A stretch of 36,531 nt of DNA, from positions 1-36,531 of the IMG/VR virus record IMGVR_UViG_3300005805_000226. One strand, given 5' to 3'. Position 1 is the first letter of the stretch. Each line of letters opens with the position of its first letter. Below the pieces are notes generated by a model. It saw nothing but the letters and a program-made list of their open reading frames with translations, searched no databases and was not told the DNA's origin. This document shows positions 6,899-15,962 of this stretch, piece by piece. The stretch is from a virus (lineage: Duplodnaviria > Caudoviricetes). The translations under genes and the position numbers were made by a program.

Positions 6899-7382
6899 AG
6901 TACTTGATGAGTATCCTCACTATAAAATATATCAAGATGGAAAGATTTACTCTACTAAACTTAAAAAATATATTAATGGACATAAAAACAAGAGGGGATA
7001 TTATGCTTTTACTTTGTATAACTTAGAGGGAAAAAGAAAGCATAAAGGATTGCATCAACTTCTTGCTATGGCATTTATTCCAAATCCACACAACTATGAA
7101 ATAGTTCGACATTTAGATGACAATAAAGAAAATAACTCTTTATCCAATCTAAAGTGGGGAACAATAAAGGAAAACATAGAAGATGCTATTAGAAATAATG
7201 TTTTTAAAATGCCAGATAACTCTAGAAAATGGTTGGTCAAGATTCCTAGTGGTGATATAATAGAAGTAAGTAATCTTTCTACTTTTTGTTTGGACCACAA
7301 TTTATCAAAGCAAAATTTGCACAAGACATACAAAGGTGATAGAAATCACCACAAAAATTATCAATTATTGAGGATGTTATGA
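6876..7382 (+). CDS. Free-standing HNH homing endonuclease
   Basis: HQLLAMAFIPNP...VRHLDDNKENNSLSNLKWGTIKEN (I-HmuI-type HNH) plus a C-terminal DNA-binding-like module; AT-rich. Confidence 0.9.
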   Translation: MMMETDFKVLDEYPHYKIYQDGKIYSTKLKKYINGHKNKRGYYAFTLYNLEGKRKHKGLHQLLAMAFIPNPHNYEIVRHLDDNKENNSLSNLKWGTIKENIEDAIRNNVFKMPDNSRKWLVKIPSGDIIEVSNLSTFCLDHNLSKQNLHKTYKGDRNHHKNYQLLRML

Positions 7383-8065
7383 TTGAAAATACAGATTTCG
7401 AGTTTATGAAACCAGAAGTAAAACTCATCAGTGTTACTCCTGATGCAGAGAAGCATATGTCTTACTGTGCTAGAGTGAGTAATCCTGCTAATCAAGAGAA
7501 TGAAAAGTTCTCTGGACTACTTAAGTATTGTATTCAGCACCAGCACTGGTCAATTTTCGAACAAGCTTCGATGACTGTAGAGATTAATACGACTCGTGGT
7601 ATCGCTGCTCAAATTTTGCGTCATCGTTCGTTTACATATCAAGAATTTTCGCAACGGTATGCCGATACAAATCTTTTGAACAAGACTATTCCTCTTCCTG
7701 AACTTCGTCGTCAGGATACTAAGAATCGCCAGAATAGTATTGATGATATTCCAGATTATCTCAAACTGACTTTGCTTGAGGATATTCGTGTTCATTTTGA
7801 TCAGGGTCTACGCCTCTACAACCGCCTTCTGGACAAGGGTGTGGCAAAGGAGTGTGCTCGCTTCGTACTGCCCTTAGCGACGCCCACAAGACTGTATATG
7901 ACAGGTTCAGTTAGGTCGTGGATAACATACATTGCTCTTCGTGAAAAAAATGGAACTCAAAAAGAGCATATGGATATTGCTAAACTCTGTAAAGAAATAT
8001 TCTGTGAGCAATTTCCAATTACTGCGGAAGCATTGGGTGGTGTTTATAATGAATGGAGTTTATAA
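7379..8065 (+). CDS. thyX: FAD-dependent thymidylate synthase
   Basis: HWSIFE, QILRHRSFTYQEFSQRY (RHRx7S), KECARFVLP. Confidence 0.97.
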   Translation: MIENTDFEFMKPEVKLISVTPDAEKHMSYCARVSNPANQENEKFSGLLKYCIQHQHWSIFEQASMTVEINTTRGIAAQILRHRSFTYQEFSQRYADTNLLNKTIPLPELRRQDTKNRQNSIDDIPDYLKLTLLEDIRVHFDQGLRLYNRLLDKGVAKECARFVLPLATPTRLYMTGSVRSWITYIALREKNGTQKEHMDIAKLCKEIFCEQFPITAEALGGVYNEWSL

Positions 8066-8073
8066 TATAAATA
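8066..8073 (+). promoter_or_regulatory. T4-type late promoter
   Basis: TATAAATA directly after the thyX stop. Confidence 0.75.
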
Positions 8074-8096
8074 TATAAGTACTTGAATGCACTATT

Positions 8097-8711
8097 ATGG
8101 GAAGAAAATCTAGTTTATCTGTTGGAGATAAAATAGGCGCTTTTACTATATTGGAAGTACTACCAACAAAATCAGGAAACCACTCTAAAGCAATAATATT
8201 GTGTGACTTTTGTGGAAAACAGAAAAAGATGTCATCACAAAATATTAAAAATAAAAATTCTTGTGGTTGCCAACAAAGAAACTCTAGTGGATGGAAAAAT
8301 AATAGTGGAGCATATAATAAAACGTGGCAGTTACCTTTAGGCGAGGCGGCTAAAAACAATCTTTACTATCAATATAAAAAATGTGCAGAAAAAAGAAAGT
8401 ATGCATTTGATTTGACAAAAGAAGAATTTTGTCAAATAGCAATCAAACCTTGTCATTATTGTGGCAGTAAATGTCAAAGTGTAATAAAGGGGCAAGGAAA
8501 AACTAGTGGTAATTTTTATTATACTGGTGTTGATAGATGGAATAATTTTATTGGATATAATAGACAAAATTGTGTTCCTTGCTGTAAAATATGCAATAGT
8601 ATGAAAAATACTTTAAGTGAAGAAGAGTTTGTTTCTCATATTAAACAGATATTATCTTACTTAGGCAGATGTGCTGAGTGTGTTGATGCACCTTCTATCA
8701 CTATTGAATAA
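8097..8711 (+). CDS. Free-standing HNH-type endonuclease (Zn-binding)
   Basis: CDFC, SCGC, PCHYCG, GVDRWNNFIGYNRQNCVPCCKICNSMK. Confidence 0.85.
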   Translation: MGRKSSLSVGDKIGAFTILEVLPTKSGNHSKAIILCDFCGKQKKMSSQNIKNKNSCGCQQRNSSGWKNNSGAYNKTWQLPLGEAAKNNLYYQYKKCAEKRKYAFDLTKEEFCQIAIKPCHYCGSKCQSVIKGQGKTSGNFYYTGVDRWNNFIGYNRQNCVPCCKICNSMKNTLSEEEFVSHIKQILSYLGRCAECVDAPSITIE

Positions 8712-8740
8712 ATATCCTTACATACTATGGAGGTGTAACA

Positions 8741-8989
8741 TTGGCAACATATCCAGTTTATAATAAGGTTACTGGTGAACAAAAAGAAGTTGTTCTAAGT
8801 GTTCACGATTGGGAACAATGGAAGAAAGACAATCCTGATTGGGATAGAGACTGGTCTGATCCATCAACCTGCCCATCATCTGGAGAAGTTGGTGAGATCT
8901 ATGACCGACTTAAGAAATCTCATCCAGGATGGAATGATGTTCTTCACGCAGCATCAAAAGCACCAGGATCAAAAGTAAAACCTATTTAA
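8741..8989 (+). CDS. Hypothetical protein upstream of phoH
   Basis: TTG start with a strong GGAGGT RBS; AATAAATA at 8707-8714. Confidence 0.8.
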   Translation: MATYPVYNKVTGEQKEVVLSVHDWEQWKKDNPDWDRDWSDPSTCPSSGEVGEIYDRLKKSHPGWNDVLHAASKAPGSKVKPI

Positions 8990-8997
8990 TTTTTCTT

Positions 8998-9753
8998 ATG
9001 CCCGCAAAAAGAAGTACTCCTAAGTCTCCGGTGCCTTTTGGAATGAGCAACAAGCAAATGAAAAGAAAGAAGCCTATTAACGCAGATTTGATGAGGACAA
9101 TTGAACCTCTGACAGATAATCAAGAAGAACTTTTCCGTTGTTATAAACTAGAACAAAATTTAGTTGCGTATGGTTGTGCTGGTACTGGTAAAACATTTAT
9201 TACACTTTATAATGCACTTAGAGATGTTTTAAATGAAAAGACTCCTTACGAAAAGATCTATATCGTTAGGTCTCTTGTTGCTACTCGTGAAATTGGTTTC
9301 CTTCCTGGTGATCATGAAGATAAGTCATCACTTTATCAAATTCCCTATAAGAATATGGTGAAGTATATGTTTGAGTTGCCATCTGAGTCTGACTTTGAAA
9401 TGCTTTATGGCAATCTTAAGACTCAAGGAACAATTAGTTTTTGGAGTACTTCTTTTATTCGTGGAACAACACTTGATAATGCAATCATTATCGTTGACGA
9501 ATTTCAAAACTTGAACTATCACGAACTTGATAGTATAATCACTCGTGTAGGTGAAAATAGTAAGATTATGTTCTGTGGTGATGCCACTCAAAGTGATCTT
9601 ATTAAAACGAATGAAAAGAATGGAATCATTGATTTTATGAAAGTACTTCGTATTATGCCTTCAATTGATATTATTGAATTCGGAGTTGAGGATATTGTCC
9701 GTTCTGGATTTGTGAAAGAGTATATTCTTGCGAAAATGGAAGTTGGTGTATGA
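8998..9753 (+). CDS. phoH: PhoH-family ATPase
   Basis: GCAGTGKT Walker A, IGFLPG, FIRGTTL, DEFQN, GDATQSDL. Confidence 0.96.
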   Translation: MPAKRSTPKSPVPFGMSNKQMKRKKPINADLMRTIEPLTDNQEELFRCYKLEQNLVAYGCAGTGKTFITLYNALRDVLNEKTPYEKIYIVRSLVATREIGFLPGDHEDKSSLYQIPYKNMVKYMFELPSESDFEMLYGNLKTQGTISFWSTSFIRGTTLDNAIIIVDEFQNLNYHELDSIITRVGENSKIMFCGDATQSDLIKTNEKNGIIDFMKVLRIMPSIDIIEFGVEDIVRSGFVKEYILAKMEVGV

Positions 9754-10430
9754 GTTTTATTCATCATAATTATTTGGGTGATATTGAATTAGAAAAGAAA
9801 GAACAAAATGGCATCCGCTTGTACAATCTTCCTGATGGTCAGTGGGTGCCTTCTATTACTTCTGTTACTTCTTTCTACAATAGACAGATCTTTGTTGAGT
9901 GGAGAAAGAGAGTTGGTGTAGAAAAAGCTAATGCTATTACACGCAAGGCAACTGCAAGAGGCACAGATTTTCACCAAGTATGTCAAGACTATCTCGAAAA
10001 TAAAGAATTAAACTGGGATGATTATCAACCCCTGACAAAGTTTATGTTTATTCACGCAAAACCATATCTTGATAAGATAAATAATATTCACGCGATTGAG
10101 CGCACACTCTATTCAGAATATCTTGGACTTGCGGGCAGAGTTGATTGTATCGCGGAGTATGATGGAGAACTTGCAGTCATAGACTTTAAAACTTCCGAAA
10201 AAATTAAACCAGAAGAATGGATTGAAAACTATTTCGTTCAAGAAATGTTTTATGCTGCTGCTTATTATGAGATGACCAAAATCCCACCAGTCAAACTCAT
10301 CACCTTAATGGTTACTCCTGGTGGAGAGGTCAAAGTATTTGACAAAAGAAACAAAGAGGACTATATTAGACTACTAGTTCGTTATATTAAAGAATTTGTA
10401 CATCACAATACTGGGTCAGATGGAGAATGA
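9750..10430 (+). CDS. PD-(D/E)XK exonuclease
   Basis: PSITSV, RGTDFH, AGRVDCIAE, IDFKTS, Q...YA. Confidence 0.88.
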   Translation: MSFIHHNYLGDIELEKKEQNGIRLYNLPDGQWVPSITSVTSFYNRQIFVEWRKRVGVEKANAITRKATARGTDFHQVCQDYLENKELNWDDYQPLTKFMFIHAKPYLDKINNIHAIERTLYSEYLGLAGRVDCIAEYDGELAVIDFKTSEKIKPEEWIENYFVQEMFYAAAYYEMTKIPPVKLITLMVTPGGEVKVFDKRNKEDYIRLLVRYIKEFVHHNTGSDGE

Positions 10431-10677
10431 ATTAGAAAAGGTACTAGAAAGTAAATTCTTTTGTCCATCTCGTTTTGCTCAAGAGATCGAATCTTTAGTG
10501 CATATAAACGAAGATATGAATTATATTGATGCAATTGTTTATTTTTGTGAACAAAACAATATTGATGTTGAGTCCGTTCCTAAACTTATTTCCAAACCTT
10601 TAAAGGAAAAAATTAAGTATGAAGCAATGGAGTTAAACTTTCTGAAAAGAAGTTCCCGTGCCAAATTGCCCCTTTAA
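10420..10677 (+). CDS. gp33: Late transcription coactivator gp33
   Basis: F...IE...YIDAIVYFCEQNNID...KLISKPLKEKIKYEA; sits upstream of gp59 and gp32. Confidence 0.88.
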   Translation: MENELEKVLESKFFCPSRFAQEIESLVHINEDMNYIDAIVYFCEQNNIDVESVPKLISKPLKEKIKYEAMELNFLKRSSRAKLPL

Positions 10678-10733
10678 TTTCATTTTTAGGGGGAAAAAAT
10701 CCCGGCAAAAATTTCCCTATATTACTTTTTTTG
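10669..10733. repeat. Intergenic element, copy 1 (hairpin + A-tract/CCGG/A-tract/CCCT/ATTAC/T-tract)
   Basis: Similar in sequence and layout to 36323-36388. Confidence 0.65.
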
Positions 10734-11330
10734 ATGATGCCATTCGATGCTTATAGAGAATATCTTGCTTTAAAAAATCACTTTACAAAAGATAATTATG
10801 ATTATCATAAGTATTGTGGAAAAAGCAGAGCAACTGTGCAATCTTTTTATAAACGTAAAGATCGATTTTGGTTTGAAAAATTTGCAAGAAATAAAACCGA
10901 TAAAGAAGTTGTAGATTTCTTCGTTGCTAATTTTGTTTCTTGTAGCAATCCAGAGTCATTATGGATTGGTGAAATTATGAAAGAAGGTGAAAGTAGATAT
11001 CAAACCTGGCAGAAAAAAGTACAATCACTTTCTTATATTTTCAAAGAAGAAACTCAAACCTTATTTGAAGAGAATAAATTTGAGCAAGTATTTGACTCCT
11101 CTAAAGGTCATCCGCCAGTATTAAAGAAGTTCCTGAGTGGGAATATTAGTCTAGAAACTCTAGTAATCTACGATAGGATATTCCTATTTGGGAACAGTTT
11201 TGATAAGAAACTAAAAGACCCAGTGTGGGAAACCGTAAGTAGGAAATTAAAAAAGTATTCTCCTTTCCTACATATTAATGTACCGAGATATAAAAGTATT
11301 CTGAGAGAAATTGTTTTGGGAGACAAATGA
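10734..11330 (+). CDS. gp59: Helicase loader gp59
   Basis: YLALKNHFTKDNYDYHKYCGK...FYKRKDRFWFEK; ISLETLVI. Confidence 0.9.
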   Translation: MMPFDAYREYLALKNHFTKDNYDYHKYCGKSRATVQSFYKRKDRFWFEKFARNKTDKEVVDFFVANFVSCSNPESLWIGEIMKEGESRYQTWQKKVQSLSYIFKEETQTLFEENKFEQVFDSSKGHPPVLKKFLSGNISLETLVIYDRIFLFGNSFDKKLKDPVWETVSRKLKKYSPFLHINVPRYKSILREIVLGDK

Positions 11331-11671
11331 GTTTTTTTAATTCCGAAGTCGTCCGTGCTGAGATGACTGAAATAGGAGAGTTACAAGAAGAAGTTTATCA
11401 AAATGTCTTCAAGTTTCCTACGATGACTAAGGAGGAAAAACTCCATCACGTAGAAATTCTTGAAAAACTTCTTGATAAACAAAAAGTTCTTTATACTCGT
11501 TTGAGTTTATCTGATGATCCCGAAGCAGTGACTATGAAAGAACGTATTGCTGAGTCTGCTTCAATGATGGGACTTCCACAGAATGTTGATATGAATGTGA
11601 TTTTTAATAATATGTCTAAAATGCTTGAGGTGATGAAGGAACAGATTGACAAAACTGGTTCGGACCTGTAG
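11327..11671 (+). CDS. Cyanophage/cyanobacterial hypothetical protein (DUF1825-like)
   Basis: SFFNSEVVRAE...RLSLSDDPEA pattern. Confidence 0.75.
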   Translation: MSFFNSEVVRAEMTEIGELQEEVYQNVFKFPTMTKEEKLHHVEILEKLLDKQKVLYTRLSLSDDPEAVTMKERIAESASMMGLPQNVDMNVIFNNMSKMLEVMKEQIDKTGSDL

Positions 11672-11674
11672 AAT
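11646..11674 (+). promoter_or_regulatory. Sigma70-type promoter
   Basis: TTGACA 11646-11651, 17 nt, TAGAAT 11669-11674. Confidence 0.75.
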
Positions 11675-11711
11675 ATGGAAACCCTAAATAGATATAGAAT
11701 TAAATATTTTT

Positions 11712-12368
11712 ATGACCGTAATTTATGAATTTGTTAATAATATAAATCAAAAAGTTTATGTTGGACAGGCAGTTGATTATAAACAAAGAATAAGAAATCA
11801 TAAATTTAATTTAAAGAAAGATAAAAATACTCCTTTTTATAACGCTTTAAAAAAATATGGATGGGAAAATTTTTCAATTAATATTATTGAGGAATGTGAA
11901 GCAAACGAATTAAATGAAAGAGAAGTTTATTGGATTAATGAAAAAAAATCTTTGTATCCAAATGGTTACAATCTTTTAGAAGGTGGAAAACAAGCAAGAC
12001 ATAATGATATTACAAAACAAAAAATATCAAATGGTAGGAAGGGAATTAAATTTAGTGAAAGTCATATTGAAAATTTAAGAAAGTCTCATCTTGGATATAT
12101 AATGCCAGAAGAGCAAAAAAAGAAAATATCCAAATCAAATAAAGGAAAAGTTGTTTCTGAAGAAACAAAAAGGAAACTTAAATACAAACAACCACACAGA
12201 AAAGAAGTTGGTAGATTTAATAAAGAAGGTAATTTGATTATGAAATATGAAAGCATAATGGATGCCTCAATTGTCTTAAATTGTTCTCCAGGAAATATAT
12301 CAGAGTGTTGTAATGGAAAAAGAAAAATGAATAAAATTTTAAAGGGAGATATTTTAAAATTTTTATGA
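11712..12368 (+). CDS. Free-standing GIY-YIG homing endonuclease (Seg-like)
   Basis: VIY...VYVGQ...R..H, E.YWI, GYN; NUMOD3-like repeats (TKQKIS, EQKKKISKS, SEETKRKL) and a NUMOD1-like C-terminus. Confidence 0.93.
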   Translation: MTVIYEFVNNINQKVYVGQAVDYKQRIRNHKFNLKKDKNTPFYNALKKYGWENFSINIIEECEANELNEREVYWINEKKSLYPNGYNLLEGGKQARHNDITKQKISNGRKGIKFSESHIENLRKSHLGYIMPEEQKKKISKSNKGKVVSEETKRKLKYKQPHRKEVGRFNKEGNLIMKYESIMDASIVLNCSPGNISECCNGKRKMNKILKGDILKFL

Positions 12369-12376
12369 TCGAGGGC

Positions 12377-12405
12377 TTGACATCCCTTTCTATCACAAGT
12401 AGAAT
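12377..12405 (+). promoter_or_regulatory. Sigma70-type promoter of gp32
   Basis: TTGACA 12377-12382, 17 nt, TAGAAT 12400-12405. GAGGGCTTGACA (12371-12382) is identical to 718-729. Confidence 0.8.
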
Positions 12406-12453
12406 AAAGTCGTCACAAAGGCCAAATCTAATCAACAAAAAAGGTAAATACAA

Positions 12454-13365
12454 ATGAGTTTTAGCGATCTTAAAAAACAATCTTCTATTGGATCTCTTAC
12501 TGCTAAGTTGGTAAAAGAGGTTGAGAAGATGAATACAACTTCTAATGGTGCCGATGAACGCTTGTGGCGTCCAGAAATGGATAAAACTGGTAATGGTTAT
12601 GCAGTTATTCGTTTCCTTCCTGCTCCTGAAGGTGAAGAACTTCCTTGGGCAAAACTTTATACTCATGCCTTCCAAGGACCTGGTGGTTGGTATATCGAAA
12701 ACTCTCTGACCACTCTTGGTCAAAAAGATCCTGTCTCTGAGCACAATCGTGAACTCTGGAACAGTGGTAGTGAAAAGGACAAAGAAACAGTCCGTAAGCA
12801 GAAGCGTAAACTGTCTTACTATTCAAACATCTATGTTGTAAAGGATCCTGCTAATCCTCAAAACGAAGGTAAAGTCTTCCTGTTTAAGTATGGTAAGAAA
12901 ATCTTTGACAAGATTATGGAAGCAATGCAACCTGAGTTTGAAGATGAGTCTCCCATCAACCCCTTTGACTTCTGGCAAGGTGCTAACTTCAAACTGAAGC
13001 TAGTTAAGAAAGATGGTTATTGGAATTATGACAAGTCAGAGTTTGATCGTGTTGCTCCTCTTCTGGATGATGATGCAATGGAATCGGTATGGAAAAAAGA
13101 ATACTCCCTCACTGCAGTAACTGCTGCTGACCAATTCAAGTCTTATGAAGATCTTGAGAAGCGTCTAAAGTATGTTCTTGGTCAGAAGTCTACTCCTCGT
13201 CCTCGTCTTGATGAAGAAGTTGATGATGAAGATAATGATCGTGGCACTTACACTCCCGACTTTACTTCACGTCGTCCCGAACCAGAACTTCCTACAGTGA
13301 GTTCTTCTAATGATGAAGATGAAGATGATGCTCTTAGTTATTTTTCTCGTTTGGCAAATGACTAA
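12454..13365 (+). CDS. gp32: Single-stranded DNA-binding protein gp32
   Basis: GNGYAVIRFLP, WYIENS, YGKKIFDKI, GANFKLK, NYDKSEF, acidic tail. Confidence 0.97.
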   Translation: MSFSDLKKQSSIGSLTAKLVKEVEKMNTTSNGADERLWRPEMDKTGNGYAVIRFLPAPEGEELPWAKLYTHAFQGPGGWYIENSLTTLGQKDPVSEHNRELWNSGSEKDKETVRKQKRKLSYYSNIYVVKDPANPQNEGKVFLFKYGKKIFDKIMEAMQPEFEDESPINPFDFWQGANFKLKLVKKDGYWNYDKSEFDRVAPLLDDDAMESVWKKEYSLTAVTAADQFKSYEDLEKRLKYVLGQKSTPRPRLDEEVDDEDNDRGTYTPDFTSRRPEPELPTVSSSNDEDEDDALSYFSRLAND

Positions 13366-13419
13366 ATACTCATACCTGTAAGTCGCAACTAAAGGTAGAA
13401 TACCTTGGAATAAAAAAAC

Positions 13420-14178
13420 TCATTCATAAAGTCTAATATTTTGTCCTCTCTTCAAGGTTTCAGTCACGTATTGACTGGAACCTTTTTTATATGGCATCAG
13501 TCTTTCAATATCATCAAATACTAGTCTCAGATATTCTGATTTAAGAACTAAGATTGTTCTCTTATTATTTTGAAGTTCTTCTTCGTATTGATAGTTTGTT
13601 ACTTCTTGAGCAACATTTAAAACATCAACGTATCGGTCTAAGTTATAATCAAAAAAACTTACTTTATAATCTTTAGGAACTCTAATTCCCGCAGGAACAA
13701 TAATGGTTCCTGAATTATTTCTCACTTCTTTGGTTTCATAGTGATGTATTCCGTTGTAAAGAATATGATATGCCTCTTCTTCACTAATAACGGGAACTTC
13801 TGATGGAGATACATTTGCACCAAGTAATTTAAAATATTTTATGTAAGCATCTTGCGTCCTATATTTTTCTAATAAGTACTCATCAAATGCTCTTTGTGGT
13901 AATGGCCACTCTGTTTGAATATTTACAATGTTATTTGATAGTAAGATCAACCAATCTAATGTTGAATCATCATAAAACTTATATGCAACATTATCAGGTC
14001 TTTCATCACCAATGATTGTATAGTTTTGGAAGTACGCTAAATTTCCTTCAATATCAGGACGCAGTTTTGCTCTCTTGAATAGATTTTTTACGGGAACATA
14101 ATCAGATATGTTTTTGGACCCAGTGAGTCTGCTTACATATTCAAAGTTTGGAACTTGTCTGAAGTAAGGTCTTGCCAT
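13420..14178 (-). CDS. gp53: Baseplate wedge protein gp53-like
   Basis: ERPDNVAYKFYDDSTLDWLILLSNNI...WP, IHHYET. Confidence 0.88.
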   Translation of the reverse strand: MARPYFRQVPNFEYVSRLTGSKNISDYVPVKNLFKRAKLRPDIEGNLAYFQNYTIIGDERPDNVAYKFYDDSTLDWLILLSNNIVNIQTEWPLPQRAFDEYLLEKYRTQDAYIKYFKLLGANVSPSEVPVISEEEAYHILYNGIHHYETKEVRNNSGTIIVPAGIRVPKDYKVSFFDYNLDRYVDVLNVAQEVTNYQYEEELQNNKRTILVLKSEYLRLVFDDIERLMPYKKGSSQYVTETLKRGQNIRLYE

Positions 14179-14179
14179 T

Positions 14180-15556
14180 TTAGTAACCTATATCGTGTTT
14201 GATATCATAATCATCAAAGTATATTGGATCAAGTTCCATAAATTGCATTGATATTTCGTATGCAGTTAGATTTCCGTCTGCGTGTGATGCATACTGACTA
14301 TCAGGCACATAATTAACACTGAAGTTTTGTAGAGCACACTCTTTAATTAGGTTCATACCAGGGTGGAGTGTTCCATTATGCTTATATTCTATTTTAAATA
14401 CATATGGTTTCTTTAAGAAAAATCCGCTTTTTGTTTGCTTTGCTGCCATTCCTTTCTTAAAGAAGTAAATTATTTTTTTAATAATTATTGCTTCTTTTTG
14501 AGTTCTCGCAGACATCTTAAATGAAAAATTAAAAGGTCTTAAAGACACTCCATTGAATAAAAGTTCTACATTCGGGTTTTTAATCGTACCACTCGTTCTT
14601 GATAAAAGTTCGTTAGCTGATTTATTAATCGCTGTTGCAAGTAATTCAGTGACTATACCATCTTTTGCTGCTTGTGCATTATCTTGTATTGCTTTTACCG
14701 CACTATCCGCATTACTACCTACAGTAGTAAGACCTTTTAATGCAGCGTCTCTAAATGCTTTTGCTCCGGCAATAGATAATGGATCCAATTCATCTTGACC
14801 CCATCCAACTGCATTAGAATCAACAATAGGTCCTGATATTGGAAGTATTACTGTTCCCAAACTCTTTTTGGGTGGTTGTCTTGCACCGATACCAAAAGGT
14901 CCTGCCGGACCTTCTCCCAGTGCTCTTGGTTCAGACTCTATCATAGTAAATAAGATATGATCTTGATTTTGATTCATATCTTCTGGGTATTTTAAATTTC
15001 CCGTTAATCCAGTATCTTCTCCAATTGCAGCATCTCCAGTTCCAGGTGCTTGAGGACCTGTATAAGTTGGAGAACCTTCTTCATTGTCTGATTCTTGTGA
15101 TTGTCCCTGACTTGTTCCGTCACTTACTTCAGTTGGACGGACACCAACATCAGTTACTGTTCCTGCAAGTCCAGGTAATCCAAGTTTTTTTGCTTCAGTT
15201 AATCCTATCGTTGAAATAATTTGGGTAGCATTACCAGCGTTTAATACTTTTTGTGTTTGTTGTGTTTTATATAAAGAATCTTTTACTTGTTCTTCGGTAA
15301 ATCCTTCTCTATCTGCTAAATTTTTAAGACTTGTATCTGTTGTTGGACTCCAAGTCCAAGTTCCATCAGACCTTTTTGATAATGTGAAAGTTGACCGATC
15401 CCCAAGTCCAGCAACTAATGGGTTTGTGTCTCTTGCATATGTCCACTTCGCAGTTCCATCTCTGTATGATGTTAACTGACCTACTATTATTTTTCCGTTA
15501 GGTCCCCCTATAGGAACTCCCAATTGACCTTGTTTTAGTATTACTTGTTCTGCCAT
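14180..15556 (-). CDS. gp48: Baseplate tail-tube cap gp48-like, N-terminally extended
   Basis: LKYP, NPNVELLFNGVSLRPFNFSFKM, CALQNFSVNY, MQFMEL. Confidence 0.85.
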   Translation of the reverse strand: MAEQVILKQGQLGVPIGGPNGKIIVGQLTSYRDGTAKWTYARDTNPLVAGLGDRSTFTLSKRSDGTWTWSPTTDTSLKNLADREGFTEEQVKDSLYKTQQTQKVLNAGNATQIISTIGLTEAKKLGLPGLAGTVTDVGVRPTEVSDGTSQGQSQESDNEEGSPTYTGPQAPGTGDAAIGEDTGLTGNLKYPEDMNQNQDHILFTMIESEPRALGEGPAGPFGIGARQPPKKSLGTVILPISGPIVDSNAVGWGQDELDPLSIAGAKAFRDAALKGLTTVGSNADSAVKAIQDNAQAAKDGIVTELLATAINKSANELLSRTSGTIKNPNVELLFNGVSLRPFNFSFKMSARTQKEAIIIKKIIYFFKKGMAAKQTKSGFFLKKPYVFKIEYKHNGTLHPGMNLIKECALQNFSVNYVPDSQYASHADGNLTAYEISMQFMELDPIYFDDYDIKHDIGY

Positions 15557-15572
15557 CAGATATGGGGAGTTT

Positions 15573-15962
15573 TTATTTATTTAGACGGAACTTTCCATAT
15601 TGTAGAGATAGAAGTTTATCTAGTTCAGTGTCCTTCACAACGTGAAGTTTTCCAATAACCTCTTCCCAAGTATATTGTCTTCCTTCTCTCCAGTGAAAAT
15701 TAATGCCTTTGAAACCCCATCTTTCCAATGATGTACAGGCAATGAGAGGATGTTGATCATATTCTATATCAGGAGTCTTTGGTTTATAGAGGAATGTATA
15801 AAATTTTCCTGGTTCTGGATATAATACTTCTTTCTTAAAGACCTCCATAATTACCATCATTATATCTTCTGGGTCATTTATTCCAAGCGACTCAATTTTT
15901 TTAAGGAGTTCTCTAGTTCTTGCTGTTCCTGTTCCTTTATATTGACCGAAACCTTCTGCCAT
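15573..15962 (-). CDS. DNA end-protector gp2-like protein (short)
   Basis: PGKFYTFLYKPKT...YDQHPLI...GFKGINFHW; adjacent to gp4. Confidence 0.7.
   Translation of the reverse strand: MAEGFGQYKGTGTARTRELLKKIESLGINDPEDIMMVIMEVFKKEVLYPEPGKFYTFLYKPKTPDIEYDQHPLIACTSLERWGFKGINFHWREGRQYTWEEVIGKLHVVKDTELDKLLSLQYGKFRLNK

Noticed and set aside
6876-8711. HNH genes as intron-encoded ORFs within thyX
   Set aside because: The thyX catalytic region is uninterrupted and no P/Q/R/S elements flank either HNH gene.
9750-10430. Cas4-like nuclease suggesting a CRISPR system
   Set aside because: No repeat-spacer array or other cas genes seen; it is the usual exonuclease between phoH and gp33.
12238-12744. 168-aa minus-strand ORF
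   Set aside because: Antisense to the GIY-YIG gene and gp32, with no recognisable motif.
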